Sequence record: NC_073322.1
Origin: Escherichia phage vB_EcoS-Ro145c2YLVW
Length of the DNA: 42,145 nt
Strand: one strand, 5' to 3'
Position 1 is the first letter of the stretch. Each line of letters starts with the position of its first letter. A program made the translations under genes and the position numbers. The notes below the pieces were generated by a model, which made no database searches, had not been told where the DNA came from, and saw only the letters and a program-made list of their open reading frames with translations. Positions 25,260 through 35,016 of the stretch are shown piece after piece.

Positions 25260-27560
25260 GTGCCGAAGTATTTCAAAAAACTGATTTCCCCGTCGCAGAA
25301 AACGCCTAAAACTAGTTTAGCTAACCAGCAGGCGGAGTCGCCAAACAACAACCTGACGGACCGAAACAATAAACCTCGCCCGTATGAGCGGTCGTATGAT
25401 ATTTGCGGCAGGGTACAGACTATCCCTAATGACCTCATGACTACCTATAAAATATTCGATGAATCCGGCCGAATTATCGAGTATGGATACTACGACGCCG
25501 GTCGAGGTTACCTGGATATCAAAGCAGAAGACATTACTGACGGCGATACTAAAGTACAGGAGATTACAGGTACATCTGTCGCGGTGTATGCGCCGTTTAC
25601 ATCGCCTAACAATACAAATACTCCTCAGCTTCTGGTGGGGGAACCTATCAATCAGAATCTTTATATAACTATCGCTTCTAATGAAGTAGACGGAGCCGTT
25701 CTTAAAGCCCGTAACGATATAAGGGTTAACCCTAGCGACACGGGCCGTGTGAGATATGACTCTGCTACAAAAATTGGATACCTGTATGATGGCACGGGGG
25801 ATTCTGGCTTCGCGGAAATATTATCTGTTGGCGATACCGCGTCGTTCAATAACTTTGACGTTCCGGACGTAACAAATACCAACGGCAACTTTCGTGTTCT
25901 TTATGTCGATAACTTCGAGCTGCGGGTCGACACCGGCGGCGCGTCTAACTGGGCTGCTTTAGGTTCAACCACCTATTCACTTTCCCCGAGAAGTGACACG
26001 TGGGTGGGCCCTGTGAATACGTATGAAAGAACATTAACCGACTGGACCACCTTAAACCGCCTGGAAGTTGAACGAGTAGTTGCTAACATTGCCGCCGCGA
26101 ATGGCATGTACAAGGACAACGGCAGTAAATTGCGCACCGCTGTAACTGTAGAGCTTCAATATCAGCTACTAGATGAATCCGGGGCACCGTACGGAAGCAT
26201 TTACTCGAAACAGGCCACTATATCCGGGCGGTCCGCAGATTACACCGGGGTCACCATTTACGCCGACCTGCCCGTGCGGTCGAAAGTCAGGGTACGCGCC
26301 CGGCGTGTTACCAACCTGGACCTCGATTTCGAGGGCACCGTGGTAGACGAGGTTTCCTACATCAACCTTTACGGGCAGGTCCGCGACACTACGCCGCATT
26401 ACGGCAACCGTACTACTGTACACTCTGCACGTAAGCCGACGCCGCGGGCCGCAGAGATTAAGCAGCCGCAGCTACGTATGGTCGCGACGGAGATGGTGTA
26501 CAAATACCTCGGCAACGGCGTATTTGACGCGGTTATGACACCTAATACCCAAGCCGTTCAGTCGTTAATACGCCTGGCGCGGGACCCAGTAGTAGGAAAC
26601 CTCAATCTCACCACGGCTAACATGGATAAGTTGTTGGCTACGCAAGCAGAGATTGAAAATTATTTCGGAAATGCTGAGGCTGGGCAGTTCTGCTACACAT
26701 TCGATGATTACAAAACGACTATGCAGGACATCATCAGCACAATAGCTGATGCTATTTTCTGCACGCCATATCGTAAAGGGCAAGACATATTACTGGATTT
26801 CGAGCGCCCTCGTATGGGGCCGGAGATGGTATTCACCCACCGCAGTAAAACAACGGCATCCGAGAGGTGGACTAGGACATTCAACGACGCTCAGGTATAC
26901 GATAGTCTTAAGTTCTCCTACATCGACCCAGATACCAACGTAAAAGAGACTATTAGCATTCCAGCCGAAGGTGGTGTTAATACCGAAACGTATGACTCCA
27001 AGGGTATACGTAATTATCGCCAGGCGTACTGGGCGGCGTACCGCCGCTACCAGAAAAACCTGTTGAAGAAGGTAACGGTATCATTCACGGCGACAGAAGA
27101 AGGGATTTTTGCAATGCCTGGGCGTGCGGTAAGTGTGGTAAAAGGTTCGCGTATGGCTCCACAAGACGGCTATGTAATCGCCGTTAACGGGCTTACGCTT
27201 ACTCTTTCTCGGCCGGTCGCGTTTACTCCTGGGGATGACCACTCACTGATTCTTAAGAAGCGAGACGGGGGAGTTCAAAGTGTTGCCGTTGTGCCTGGAA
27301 GCCACGACCGTGAAGTGGTTATGCTATCCGCGCCGCAGGAGGCAATTTACACGGGGAATAGCGCACTAAAAACTGAGTTTTCATTCGGCAACGAAGCAAG
27401 GCATAATGCTCAGATGATTCTTGTTTCTACAGTTGACCCCGGAGATGACAGAACAGTTAAGATTACCGGGATTAACTATGAAGCAGATTTCTATAAATAC
27501 GACGGCGTCGCGCCTTTCGGTCGCGGTTTCTCCGACGGATTCAGCAACGGTTTTAGTTAA
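25260..27560 (+). CDS. central tail fiber / tail tip protein (J-like, putative)
   Basis: 766-aa protein downstream of tail-tip assembly genes; GTG start after CTTGGGGGG. Confidence 0.65.
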   Translation: MPKYFKKLISPSQKTPKTSLANQQAESPNNNLTDRNNKPRPYERSYDICGRVQTIPNDLMTTYKIFDESGRIIEYGYYDAGRGYLDIKAEDITDGDTKVQEITGTSVAVYAPFTSPNNTNTPQLLVGEPINQNLYITIASNEVDGAVLKARNDIRVNPSDTGRVRYDSATKIGYLYDGTGDSGFAEILSVGDTASFNNFDVPDVTNTNGNFRVLYVDNFELRVDTGGASNWAALGSTTYSLSPRSDTWVGPVNTYERTLTDWTTLNRLEVERVVANIAAANGMYKDNGSKLRTAVTVELQYQLLDESGAPYGSIYSKQATISGRSADYTGVTIYADLPVRSKVRVRARRVTNLDLDFEGTVVDEVSYINLYGQVRDTTPHYGNRTTVHSARKPTPRAAEIKQPQLRMVATEMVYKYLGNGVFDAVMTPNTQAVQSLIRLARDPVVGNLNLTTANMDKLLATQAEIENYFGNAEAGQFCYTFDDYKTTMQDIISTIADAIFCTPYRKGQDILLDFERPRMGPEMVFTHRSKTTASERWTRTFNDAQVYDSLKFSYIDPDTNVKETISIPAEGGVNTETYDSKGIRNYRQAYWAAYRRYQKNLLKKVTVSFTATEEGIFAMPGRAVSVVKGSRMAPQDGYVIAVNGLTLTLSRPVAFTPGDDHSLILKKRDGGVQSVAVVPGSHDREVVMLSAPQEAIYTGNSALKTEFSFGNEARHNAQMILVSTVDPGDDRTVKITGINYEADFYKYDGVAPFGRGFSDGFSNGFS
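25278..25328 (+). repeat. 51-bp direct repeat, copy 2
   Basis: AAACTGATTTCCCCGTCGCAGAAAACGCCTAAAACTAGTTTAGCTAACCAG. Confidence 0.8.
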
Positions 27561-27572
27561 AGAGGACTCTAT

Positions 27573-29663
27573 ATGTCAAGCGGATGCGGTGACGTTTTAA
27601 GCTTGGCGGATTTACAAACCGCCAAGAAACACCAGATTTTTGAAGCCGAGGTTATCACCGGTAAATCCGGCGGTGTTGCTACGGGAGCTGATATCGATTA
27701 CGCGACCAACCCTGTTACCGGCCAGACTCAAAAGACGCTACCCGCCGTGTTGCGTGACGCTGGTTTTTCACCCGTGTCATGGGACTTCGCCACTGGCGGA
27801 ACGTTAACAGTTAGTGACCGCGACAAAGTGGTGTACGACCCTGTAAGTGAAACATGGTACTCATACGCAGGTACACTACCTGTTACAGTCCCCGCTGGTT
27901 TTAACCCTGTTGGTAATGCGGACTGGAAGCCGCAGACAGACCCGGATTTGAGGTCCGATTTAACCGCCCCATCATCGGGTCTTATTGTCGATGCATCCAA
28001 TATTTTCATCAAAGCTAGTTCTCCTGGTACAAAGGATGTTCCGTTAAACACATTTGCGGGCCAGATGGTTAGTTTACTTAATTTCCAGGGAGTGGTAGCC
28101 GATGGTATAACCGATACACGAGCCGGGGTGCAAGCTGCGATAGACGCGTGTGCTCTCGCTGGGGTTACGTTATATATCCCAGACGGTGTGTATGCTTTCG
28201 GAAACTTCTTCACCCAACCTTCTAATTCTAAGCTAGTTTTCGGTGAAAATGCATGGTTTAAACTACTAAATAACACCACCTGGCCTGGGCTTGGCGGTAT
28301 AAGCCACTTCCACAACACCGGAACTAACTACAATGATTTCCTTAATACGGACGGTGAAACTATTAAGTATGTAGAAGCTACCAATGTAGTCACTGTAGGA
28401 ATGAAGCTGGACTGTAACAATATTGAGGGTGAAAACGGCATTTCATCAGCATGGGGTTCTAATATCCGCCATATCCGCCCTATAGTTAAGAATACAGTAC
28501 ACACAAACACCGCTCTAGGCGGTAGGGCGTTTCAGATAGAAGGTGAGCTAAACCAAGATATTGTAGTATCAGATGCCACTATTATTGATTGCTCTATTGG
28601 GTGCAATAGCCAAGGTTTAGCAGGCAGCACAACCGCCAACACCCGCGCAGTAACTTACGACGGTATTTTCATGAAAAATGTTGGAGTACCATTTAACATC
28701 GATGGGCAGGTATCCAACCCCGAAACCGCAGACGGCAGAGTACATTCAGTAACCGCATACAATGTAACATTGCATAATTGTGGCGGGCCGAAAGCACCAT
28801 TTGCATCCCAATTAGACGGCGGCATTATTTGCGGGGATCGTGGGGCTGGTTTAGCAATATACGGTCTTCGTTTGATAAATGAGGATTCTTATGGTGGTAT
28901 AGGCGCGGTGTTTAGAGGGGTTATTTATAACGTAGCTATACACGACGCAGATTTAACAGCCCCTTATATTAGTGCCATTGTCGACCACACTCCGCCGGGG
29001 TTTGGCTCACCATCACTGGCAGCATTAGGCGGTTTTGTGTCGACAAGGAACGTTAAAGTAAACGCGAATATTGACTACATAGCTAATGGGCCTAACAACA
29101 GTATAGGTCCTCACAGCCTTAGATTAGATATAGATATGGCTAAGGCATCTATTACAACATTGTTTGGTTCGAGCATAGCCTCGGACCCTACCACGCTGGC
29201 TATGGTGGAAATATTAGATACCAACACCGGGACAAGTAGTGGGTATCGGTCCTTTGGGGACATATACCGTGAAGGCAACTCCCCATCTGTCTGTATAAAA
29301 CGAAAAGATTCCATCGGGCCTGTAGTCCCGGTTGATGCGTCTGGCGCGAGTCTACCCCTTACCCCTAATGGGGTCCAACGTTTTGTTAGAAATGGAAATA
29401 CCGTCACAATATCTATCGATGTAACTTACCCAACCACAGCGGACTCTCGCCCTGCGACCATATCAGGTATTCCGGTTCCAGGAGTAACAGGAGTAAATTA
29501 TTGCGGCATTGGTACTGTTCTTAACGGTGCTGCTGCTGGTACTATTGCGGTGGTTAAAGGTGGGGAAAATTTTATAAGACTTTTAACTCCAACCGGCTCC
29601 AATACCCTAAACAGTGATTTATCTGGTAAAAATATTTCTATATCACTTACGTATATGTTCTGA
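27573..29663 (+). CDS. tailspike with pectate-lyase-like beta-helix (putative depolymerase)
   Basis: GVVADGITDTRAGVQAAIDACALAGVTLYIPDGVYAF resembles right-handed beta-helix glycanase N-terminal repeats; last plus-strand structural gene. Confidence 0.6.
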   Translation: MSSGCGDVLSLADLQTAKKHQIFEAEVITGKSGGVATGADIDYATNPVTGQTQKTLPAVLRDAGFSPVSWDFATGGTLTVSDRDKVVYDPVSETWYSYAGTLPVTVPAGFNPVGNADWKPQTDPDLRSDLTAPSSGLIVDASNIFIKASSPGTKDVPLNTFAGQMVSLLNFQGVVADGITDTRAGVQAAIDACALAGVTLYIPDGVYAFGNFFTQPSNSKLVFGENAWFKLLNNTTWPGLGGISHFHNTGTNYNDFLNTDGETIKYVEATNVVTVGMKLDCNNIEGENGISSAWGSNIRHIRPIVKNTVHTNTALGGRAFQIEGELNQDIVVSDATIIDCSIGCNSQGLAGSTTANTRAVTYDGIFMKNVGVPFNIDGQVSNPETADGRVHSVTAYNVTLHNCGGPKAPFASQLDGGIICGDRGAGLAIYGLRLINEDSYGGIGAVFRGVIYNVAIHDADLTAPYISAIVDHTPPGFGSPSLAALGGFVSTRNVKVNANIDYIANGPNNSIGPHSLRLDIDMAKASITTLFGSSIASDPTTLAMVEILDTNTGTSSGYRSFGDIYREGNSPSVCIKRKDSIGPVVPVDASGASLPLTPNGVQRFVRNGNTVTISIDVTYPTTADSRPATISGIPVPGVTGVNYCGIGTVLNGAAAGTIAVVKGGENFIRLLTPTGSNTLNSDLSGKNISISLTYMF

Positions 29664-29668
29664 TAACT

Positions 29669-29687
29669 AAGGCCCCAACGGGGCCTT
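29669..29687. terminator. hairpin terminator at convergence of structural and replication modules
   Basis: AAGGCCCC-AAC-GGGGCCTT followed by TTATCT. Confidence 0.6.
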
Positions 29688-29691
29688 TTAT

Positions 29692-29829
29692 CTACTCTTC
29701 TGATAACTTCTCCAGTACAAACGCCAGTTGCGCATTAGCGGCGTCTCTTTGCTGCCGTAGTCGTAGAACTTCTTCTTCAAGTTCCTTGATACGTTTTTGC
29801 AATGCTGGAATAGGGGCTATGATGTTCAT
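29692..29829 (-). CDS. small coiled-coil protein (45 aa)
   Basis: ATG overlapping stop of upstream gene (TGATG); below track cutoff. Confidence 0.35.
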   Translation of the reverse strand: MNIIAPIPALQKRIKELEEEVLRLRQQRDAANAQLAFVLEKLSEE

Positions 29830-30017
29830 CATTCGAACTCCACCAAATCACCGTTAAAGAACTCGGCAACTATATAACCAGAATCGGGGTCATAGTCTGC
29901 TATACTTTCTGCTCCGCTTTCATCCACCACTCGGTACTCTATGCCGTTGTAGATGGTCTGGTATTCCTCGCCTTCTATAAAATCATCGATTGTGGAACTT
30001 ACGCAAAACAGTTTCAT
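29829..30017 (-). CDS. small acidic protein (62 aa)
   Basis: Track ORF, coupled to helicase gene. Confidence 0.45.
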   Translation of the reverse strand: MKLFCVSSTIDDFIEGEEYQTIYNGIEYRVVDESGAESIADYDPDSGYIVAEFFNGDLVEFE

Positions 30018-31438
30018 TTCTTACCTCGTCTCTTCATGTAATTAAGCAACTCTTCCTGTACAGATTTTTTCTCGTCCGTACGCGCGGCAACAACCTCGTC
30101 CAGCGTGTCCTTAGCAACGATGTGATAGAGGAACACCGGGCGCTCGTGGCCTGCCTGTTTCTGGCGTACAGGGCCTATACGCTCGACGACCTGCAAATAG
30201 TGCTCAAGGTTCCAGCCTTGCGAGATGAATGCCAGATGATGCCCGCCGTCCTGTAAATTCAAACCATGCCCGGCTGACGCAGGGTGTACGCATAAGATTT
30301 CTATTTCCCCGCGGTTCCACGCTTCCATCTGCTTATTGCCCTTAGCACCTTTTGCGAACGCCTGCGCCTGCGGGAATCGCTTAAGGATGCGCTCCAGTTC
30401 GTGCTTAAACTGATAGGCCACCAGTAACGGCGCCCCCTGTAACTCCTCAACAATTGACTCCAGTGCGTCCAGTTTTGTGTCGTGCACTTTCTCCCATTCT
30501 TTCGTCGCTTCGCCGTCTGGCCCCGACACATACACGGCACCGGAGGCAATTTGCAAGCACTTTGACGTCTTCGCCGCGGCGTTAGCCGCCTCAACTTCTC
30601 CGCTCTCCAGTTCCGCGAATAACTTCTCCTCCATATCTATGTACGCCTGACGTGCTTTCTTCGGCAGGTCGATTTCCACCGGTACGATAACAGGCGCTTC
30701 ACATCCGAACCACTCGGCGGCGTCAATCGTGAGACTAATGTCCTTCATCTTCTGGTGAATCTCATTATCCGCACCCGGGCGCGCATGATATTCACGGGCC
30801 ATAGCTGATTTGCCTTTCTGTACCGAGTTAAACCAGCGGTCGGTGAATGCCGTATATGAAGAACCAAGACGCTCGCCCGCGTCGATAAACCAGTTCTGCC
30901 CCCACAAGTCTTTGAGGCCGTTTGGTGATGGTGTGCCGGTGAGGTTAATGAATCGCTTGACCTTGCCGAACGCCACTTTACTAAGAGCCTTCGCGCGCTT
31001 GCTTCCGCCGGAACGGCTGCGGAACGATTTCAGCTTCGTGCTTTCATCGGCAACGATAACCGTAAAAGGCCAGTCGTCTTTGCCGTAGTAGTCAATCAGC
31101 CACTCGATAACTTCGTAGTTAGTGCACACCACGTTGGCGTCTGACTCCAGCGCCGCGATACGGCGCTTCTCTGAGCCAGTGGCATCGACGACGCGCAGAC
31201 ACGGGAAACCCCACTTAGTTTGTTCTGCGGGCCACGTACCAGACGCAACACGTAACGGGGCGAGGATTAACACGCGGTCCTCTTCCGTAAGCTGCCCGTT
31301 GCGGAACAGGCGGTTTAGAACCCACATCGTTGCGGAACTTTTGCCCGCGCCCATCGAGGCCCAAATATTACAGCGCGGATGCCGTAGCATGAACGAAGTC
31401 ATGAGTTTCTGGTACTCTCGCCTTTGAAACTTACTCAT
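30014..31438 (-). CDS. SNF2-family ATP-dependent helicase
   Basis: Walker A GAGKSSA, DEAD-like VIVADEST, helicase C-terminal block; start set to ATG 31438 (track gives GTG 31450). Confidence 0.75.
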   Translation of the reverse strand: MSKFQRREYQKLMTSFMLRHPRCNIWASMGAGKSSATMWVLNRLFRNGQLTEEDRVLILAPLRVASGTWPAEQTKWGFPCLRVVDATGSEKRRIAALESDANVVCTNYEVIEWLIDYYGKDDWPFTVIVADESTKLKSFRSRSGGSKRAKALSKVAFGKVKRFINLTGTPSPNGLKDLWGQNWFIDAGERLGSSYTAFTDRWFNSVQKGKSAMAREYHARPGADNEIHQKMKDISLTIDAAEWFGCEAPVIVPVEIDLPKKARQAYIDMEEKLFAELESGEVEAANAAAKTSKCLQIASGAVYVSGPDGEATKEWEKVHDTKLDALESIVEELQGAPLLVAYQFKHELERILKRFPQAQAFAKGAKGNKQMEAWNRGEIEILCVHPASAGHGLNLQDGGHHLAFISQGWNLEHYLQVVERIGPVRQKQAGHERPVFLYHIVAKDTLDEVVAARTDEKKSVQEELLNYMKRRGKK

Positions 31439-31694
31439 TTTGCAAATCACCTCGTTCTTTGGCGAACCTTAACGCCCTTCTGGCGGCCGATGAGTTTGAA
31501 GTATATCTGTGGCCGCATGTTTTGCATTCTAACTTCGGCGTTCCGTTTTTAGTTTCTCCGATAACAATGACATTACGCCACCTGATAAAGCTACTGTCTC
31601 TGTGGCCGTCTCTGGTGGAAAATGATGACGCAAGCCAGGCGCCCTCCCACTCCCGCAAACACTTAACACATCGCAAGCTATGATGTACTGTCAT
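31431..31694 (-). CDS. zinc-ribbon protein
   Basis: CxxC ... CxxC pair (CVKC, CKTC). Confidence 0.5.
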   Translation of the reverse strand: MTVHHSLRCVKCLREWEGAWLASSFSTRDGHRDSSFIRWRNVIVIGETKNGTPKLECKTCGHRYTSNSSAARRALRFAKERGDLQNE

Positions 31695-31885
31695 TTTGCC
31701 ACCAGTACCAGTTCTTTACGCCCAAACGCCGTAACATTGCCCGTCACATCTTCGATAACCAGTTTACCGTTCGACTCGACGAACACAGTATCAACGGCAA
31801 CAGGCCGGCGTGTCTTAACGTTGAAAATCATGTCGCCAGGTACGATGTCGCGTGCCGGTTTGCGGTCATATTCGTATTTATTCAT
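31691..31885 (-). CDS. hypothetical protein
   Basis: Track ORF, coupled. Confidence 0.45.
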   Translation of the reverse strand: MNKYEYDRKPARDIVPGDMIFNVKTRRPVAVDTVFVESNGKLVIEDVTGNVTAFGRKELVLVAK

Positions 31886-32088
31886 TATTCGTCTTCCTCT
31901 GTGCAGTAGTTTTCTAGTACATAATTCAGTGCGTTACGTTTTGCCTCGTCTATACATATGCACAGTCGGTCAAATTCAAGATCATCTAAAACAGATTCAG
32001 CGCCAACTAATCCCTCCAATGCGGTTACAATGTCGCCATCATATTTTTCGTACATGTACTTAACGATGTGCGGGTCTAACTTTCTCAT
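31885..32088 (-). CDS. hypothetical acidic protein
   Basis: Track ORF immediately downstream of class B promoter. Confidence 0.45.
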   Translation of the reverse strand: MRKLDPHIVKYMYEKYDGDIVTALEGLVGAESVLDDLEFDRLCICIDEAKRNALNYVLENYCTEEDE

Positions 32089-32120
32089 TTCTCAATTCCT
32101 TATATTGTTGGTGTGTGTGG

Positions 32121-32405
32121 TTAACTATAATAGTTCACTATTAGGTCGTCAACCTCTTCTTTTGTTCCTACTACAAAAACATTTGCGCCACGTTTACGAA
32201 GCCGTTTGTGCTCCCGCAACTGATGGTCCTCCGGTTCCGTGTTTTCATCCTTCTTCACCTCTACAAACCATATCACTCCTCCTGGAAGGGCGACTAACAG
32301 GTCAGGCGCTCCGTTTCTACCCTCGTACGACAGCTTACGAACGAGGCCGCCAATAGCCTCGAATCGGTCTTTTGCGTATTTCTGTATTTTGCCTTCCGGG
32401 GTCAT
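32121..32405 (-). CDS. VRR-NUC domain nuclease
   Basis: PDLLVALPGGVIWFVEVKKD matches PD-(D/E)xK VRR-NUC core; start set to ATG 32405. Confidence 0.6.
   Translation of the reverse strand: MTPEGKIQKYAKDRFEAIGGLVRKLSYEGRNGAPDLLVALPGGVIWFVEVKKDENTEPEDHQLREHKRLRKRGANVFVVGTKEEVDDLIVNYYS
32124..32152 (-). promoter_or_regulatory. sigma70-like promoter, class B (TTGACG-17 nt-TATAGT)
   Basis: Spacer contains AATAGT...CTATTATAGTT core shared with promoters at 35700 and 37970. Confidence 0.45.
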
Positions 32406-32554
32406 TAGCGCAGAACCCAAGTAAGGAAAGCCCCTCCTAGAACGGCAATACCGACAAACTTAAAGAACAGACCGTAACAGAACATCGCAGCTATTCCCGC
32501 GCCGGATAACAGTGCGAGCATGGTTACTGTCGCCCAAAATACAAACATTGTCAT
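32405..32554 (-). CDS. small membrane peptide (49 aa)
   Basis: Hydrophobic ORF coupled by TAATG overlap to VRR-NUC gene; two further tiny ORFs (Zn-ribbon about 32551-32640, membrane about 32637-32768) chain upstream. Confidence 0.3.
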   Translation of the reverse strand: MTMFVFWATVTMLALLSGAGIAAMFCYGLFFKFVGIAVLGGAFLTWVLR

Positions 32555-32780
32555 AATACGCACCCCTCACGTTTCGTATGCGCAATGCCACAGCGCGGAC
32601 AGATTCGACAGTCTTCTTCATAGAACCAGTAAATTTTCATTCCAGCACCCACAGATAAATTGCGATTAACATACACAATACGGCAACCATCATTCCGTAT
32701 TGACCTTCGTGACAGTAAACCCCGGCGGCGAATCCCGCCAGCGCCGTAACAATCAGTTTACTTAGCATTAGAACCACCTC

Positions 32781-34958
32781 TCACTTAGCGTACCGGTACA
32801 TTTCGCTGCCTTCTGCTACAAGAGGGAATCCCTCAGCCCATTCAGGTAATTCGCACATCAATCGTTCGAGTTCAGCCACATTGTATTCAGGCGAATCTGG
32901 CGTCTCGCAGATAATTTCATCGTGTACATGAAGTACAATCGGGTAGCCGTTTGCTTCAACGTTAAGTAGCGCATTAGCCAGCAAGTCACGGCACAGTGCC
33001 TGGGTACAGTTTTCCACCAGTTTCCCGGAGTACGTGTACTGGAAGCCCCACTGACGAGTTAACTGGTTTTCACCTTGGTACTTGATGCGCACGTTAGTAG
33101 AAACTTTCCCGTCTTCGTCCGTCTCTTTCGATACACTTAAACCTACGCCAGGGTAGGACATTACGCGGCCTGACGGCAACGTCATGCGCAACCACCAACC
33201 AGCTACCTTGTTGCCGTTGTTATCTGTTTCTACGTTGCGTGAAAACTTAACGCCACGAGGACCAGCGGTGAACTCTTTCCCTGGATTACGTATTGCCGCC
33301 ATAGCTGCGTCTTCGATATCACGCCAGAAAGCTACAGTCTCAGGGTGCGACTCGCGCCACATGCGCTTGATAGCGTCACATGTACGCCAGACTTTCTTAT
33401 CCAGAATATATGATGGTCGGTCATCTTTTTCACCAGGACGCGGTGGCCGCTTGGCTTCCTGAATACGCGCCCACTCGTACCCACGTGCGGTAGCGGCCCA
33501 GATGTGGTCAGGGAAAGTACCGTCCATTGTTTTAGCCATATCAACCAGGTCAAGGCCGAGGTTCTTGGCGAACTGAACGAAAGCCCCTACGCCGCCAGCG
33601 TAGCCGAGTCCCAACTCGCAAGCTTTGCCTATCTGGCGAAGGTCTTTACGTTCTTTCTTAATGTAATCCGGTTCCAGGCCAAACATCTTGCCCGCCGTTA
33701 CGCAATAAATATCCAGCCCGGCCCGGAAAGTATCGAGCGCGGCTTCTTCGCCCGCCAGCCATGCCAGCCCGCGACCTTCAACGTTAGAGTAATCTGCAAC
33801 AACAAACTTGTGCCCTGCTTCCGGGATAATGCAGCTGCGCACCGTAGATGCCGTTAGCTTGGCTACATCAAACCGACGATGCGCACGTCCTTTCAGCAAC
33901 GCAGAAATCCCTTTATCCAGCTCATCGTCATGATAGTACCCGCGGGCCAGGTTCTGTGGCTGGAAGCCTTTACCGGCGAATCGTAGCGTACGTTTAGCCC
34001 CGCCGTACTGGATGCAACCGCGGCGGCGGTCGTCAGAAGAACGACCCAGCAATAACGGTGTGTATTTCGTTGACGCGGTGGACGCCGCTCCGAGGCGCAT
34101 TTCGACAATATCACGGGCATCGTCGGGTAAATCCTCGTCAGCCAGCAGGTCAAACAACGTTGCTTTTTGCGCGTTATGAATGCGGTTCGCAGGGGCCAGT
34201 TCCTGCAATGCCGGTAGAAAGTCTTTTCCGGTTAATGAACAGCCGAATTTACGTTGAGATTCCTCCTGCAACTCCCCCTTATGCCGTGTTATGGCTTCAA
34301 TAGCGGCTTCTGCCAGCGCAATATCAACCTTGAACCCGCGGTCGTTGATTAACTGGTCCAGTTCCAGTACGCGGTCCTCGAACTCAGAGTTGCCCCACGA
34401 CGGCATTTTTTGAAACACTTCACGCATCGAAGTGATATCACTAATAGCGTACTTGATGAATAACGCCCACTCCTCCGGGTGCGTCTCAGACGTATAGCGG
34501 CGTATTTTGTAATTCTTCGGGGTCGGCTTGGTGAATCTCTTTATTAACGCCTTACCGCGTTTGTCCTTGGCGTTCTCTGCAGATACTTCCAGCACTTCAC
34601 ACAAAACAGCCAATTTCCCCGGCAGCGCGTGGCGAAAAGCACAGGTCATTGTATCTATAACGCTGCTTACAGGTATGTCATAGCCCCAGCAGTTGCGGAT
34701 AACTAAGCGGTCAAACATATTGAAGTTATGACCTACAATCTTAATATCCCCTCTCATTGCCTTACGCAGGCCAACTTTCAGGTCGCGCGGCATATCGCTG
34801 CCGTCTGTGCAGTCCCAGCAACGCACCTCGCCGTCGTCGAACGCGTAGGTGCATATCAGAATTTCTGTAGATGGGTGTTCGGCGTAGGCATAACTGCCGA
34901 CAACCGTTATGTCTAATTCACAAAAAGTTTCTGTATCAAGATAAAGTAATTCGTTCAT
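32781..34958 (-). CDS. DNA polymerase, family A, with 3'-5' exonuclease domain
   Basis: Exo I LYLDTETF; pol motif A VVADYSNVEGR, motif B-like RQIGKACELGLGYAGG, motif C VHDEI. Confidence 0.9.
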   Translation of the reverse strand: MNELLYLDTETFCELDITVVGSYAYAEHPSTEILICTYAFDDGEVRCWDCTDGSDMPRDLKVGLRKAMRGDIKIVGHNFNMFDRLVIRNCWGYDIPVSSVIDTMTCAFRHALPGKLAVLCEVLEVSAENAKDKRGKALIKRFTKPTPKNYKIRRYTSETHPEEWALFIKYAISDITSMREVFQKMPSWGNSEFEDRVLELDQLINDRGFKVDIALAEAAIEAITRHKGELQEESQRKFGCSLTGKDFLPALQELAPANRIHNAQKATLFDLLADEDLPDDARDIVEMRLGAASTASTKYTPLLLGRSSDDRRRGCIQYGGAKRTLRFAGKGFQPQNLARGYYHDDELDKGISALLKGRAHRRFDVAKLTASTVRSCIIPEAGHKFVVADYSNVEGRGLAWLAGEEAALDTFRAGLDIYCVTAGKMFGLEPDYIKKERKDLRQIGKACELGLGYAGGVGAFVQFAKNLGLDLVDMAKTMDGTFPDHIWAATARGYEWARIQEAKRPPRPGEKDDRPSYILDKKVWRTCDAIKRMWRESHPETVAFWRDIEDAAMAAIRNPGKEFTAGPRGVKFSRNVETDNNGNKVAGWWLRMTLPSGRVMSYPGVGLSVSKETDEDGKVSTNVRIKYQGENQLTRQWGFQYTYSGKLVENCTQALCRDLLANALLNVEANGYPIVLHVHDEIICETPDSPEYNVAELERLMCELPEWAEGFPLVAEGSEMYRYAK

Positions 34959-34974
34959 TATTTCGACCCTTTGT

Positions 34975-34997
34975 AAAAAGGCCCAATAAAGGGCCTT
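34975..34997 (-). terminator. intra-operon terminator/attenuator between SSB and polymerase
   Basis: AAGGCCC-TTTATT-GGGCCTT hairpin followed by TTTT on minus strand. Confidence 0.55.
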
Positions 34998-35016
34998 AAT
35001 TAAACTGATTCAAGTA

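Noticed and set aside
25010-25438. Minus-strand 142-aa ORF across the tail-tip gene boundary
   Set aside because: Antisense to the direct-repeat region and two coupled plus-strand genes; its internal repetition is just the reverse complement of the 51-bp direct repeat
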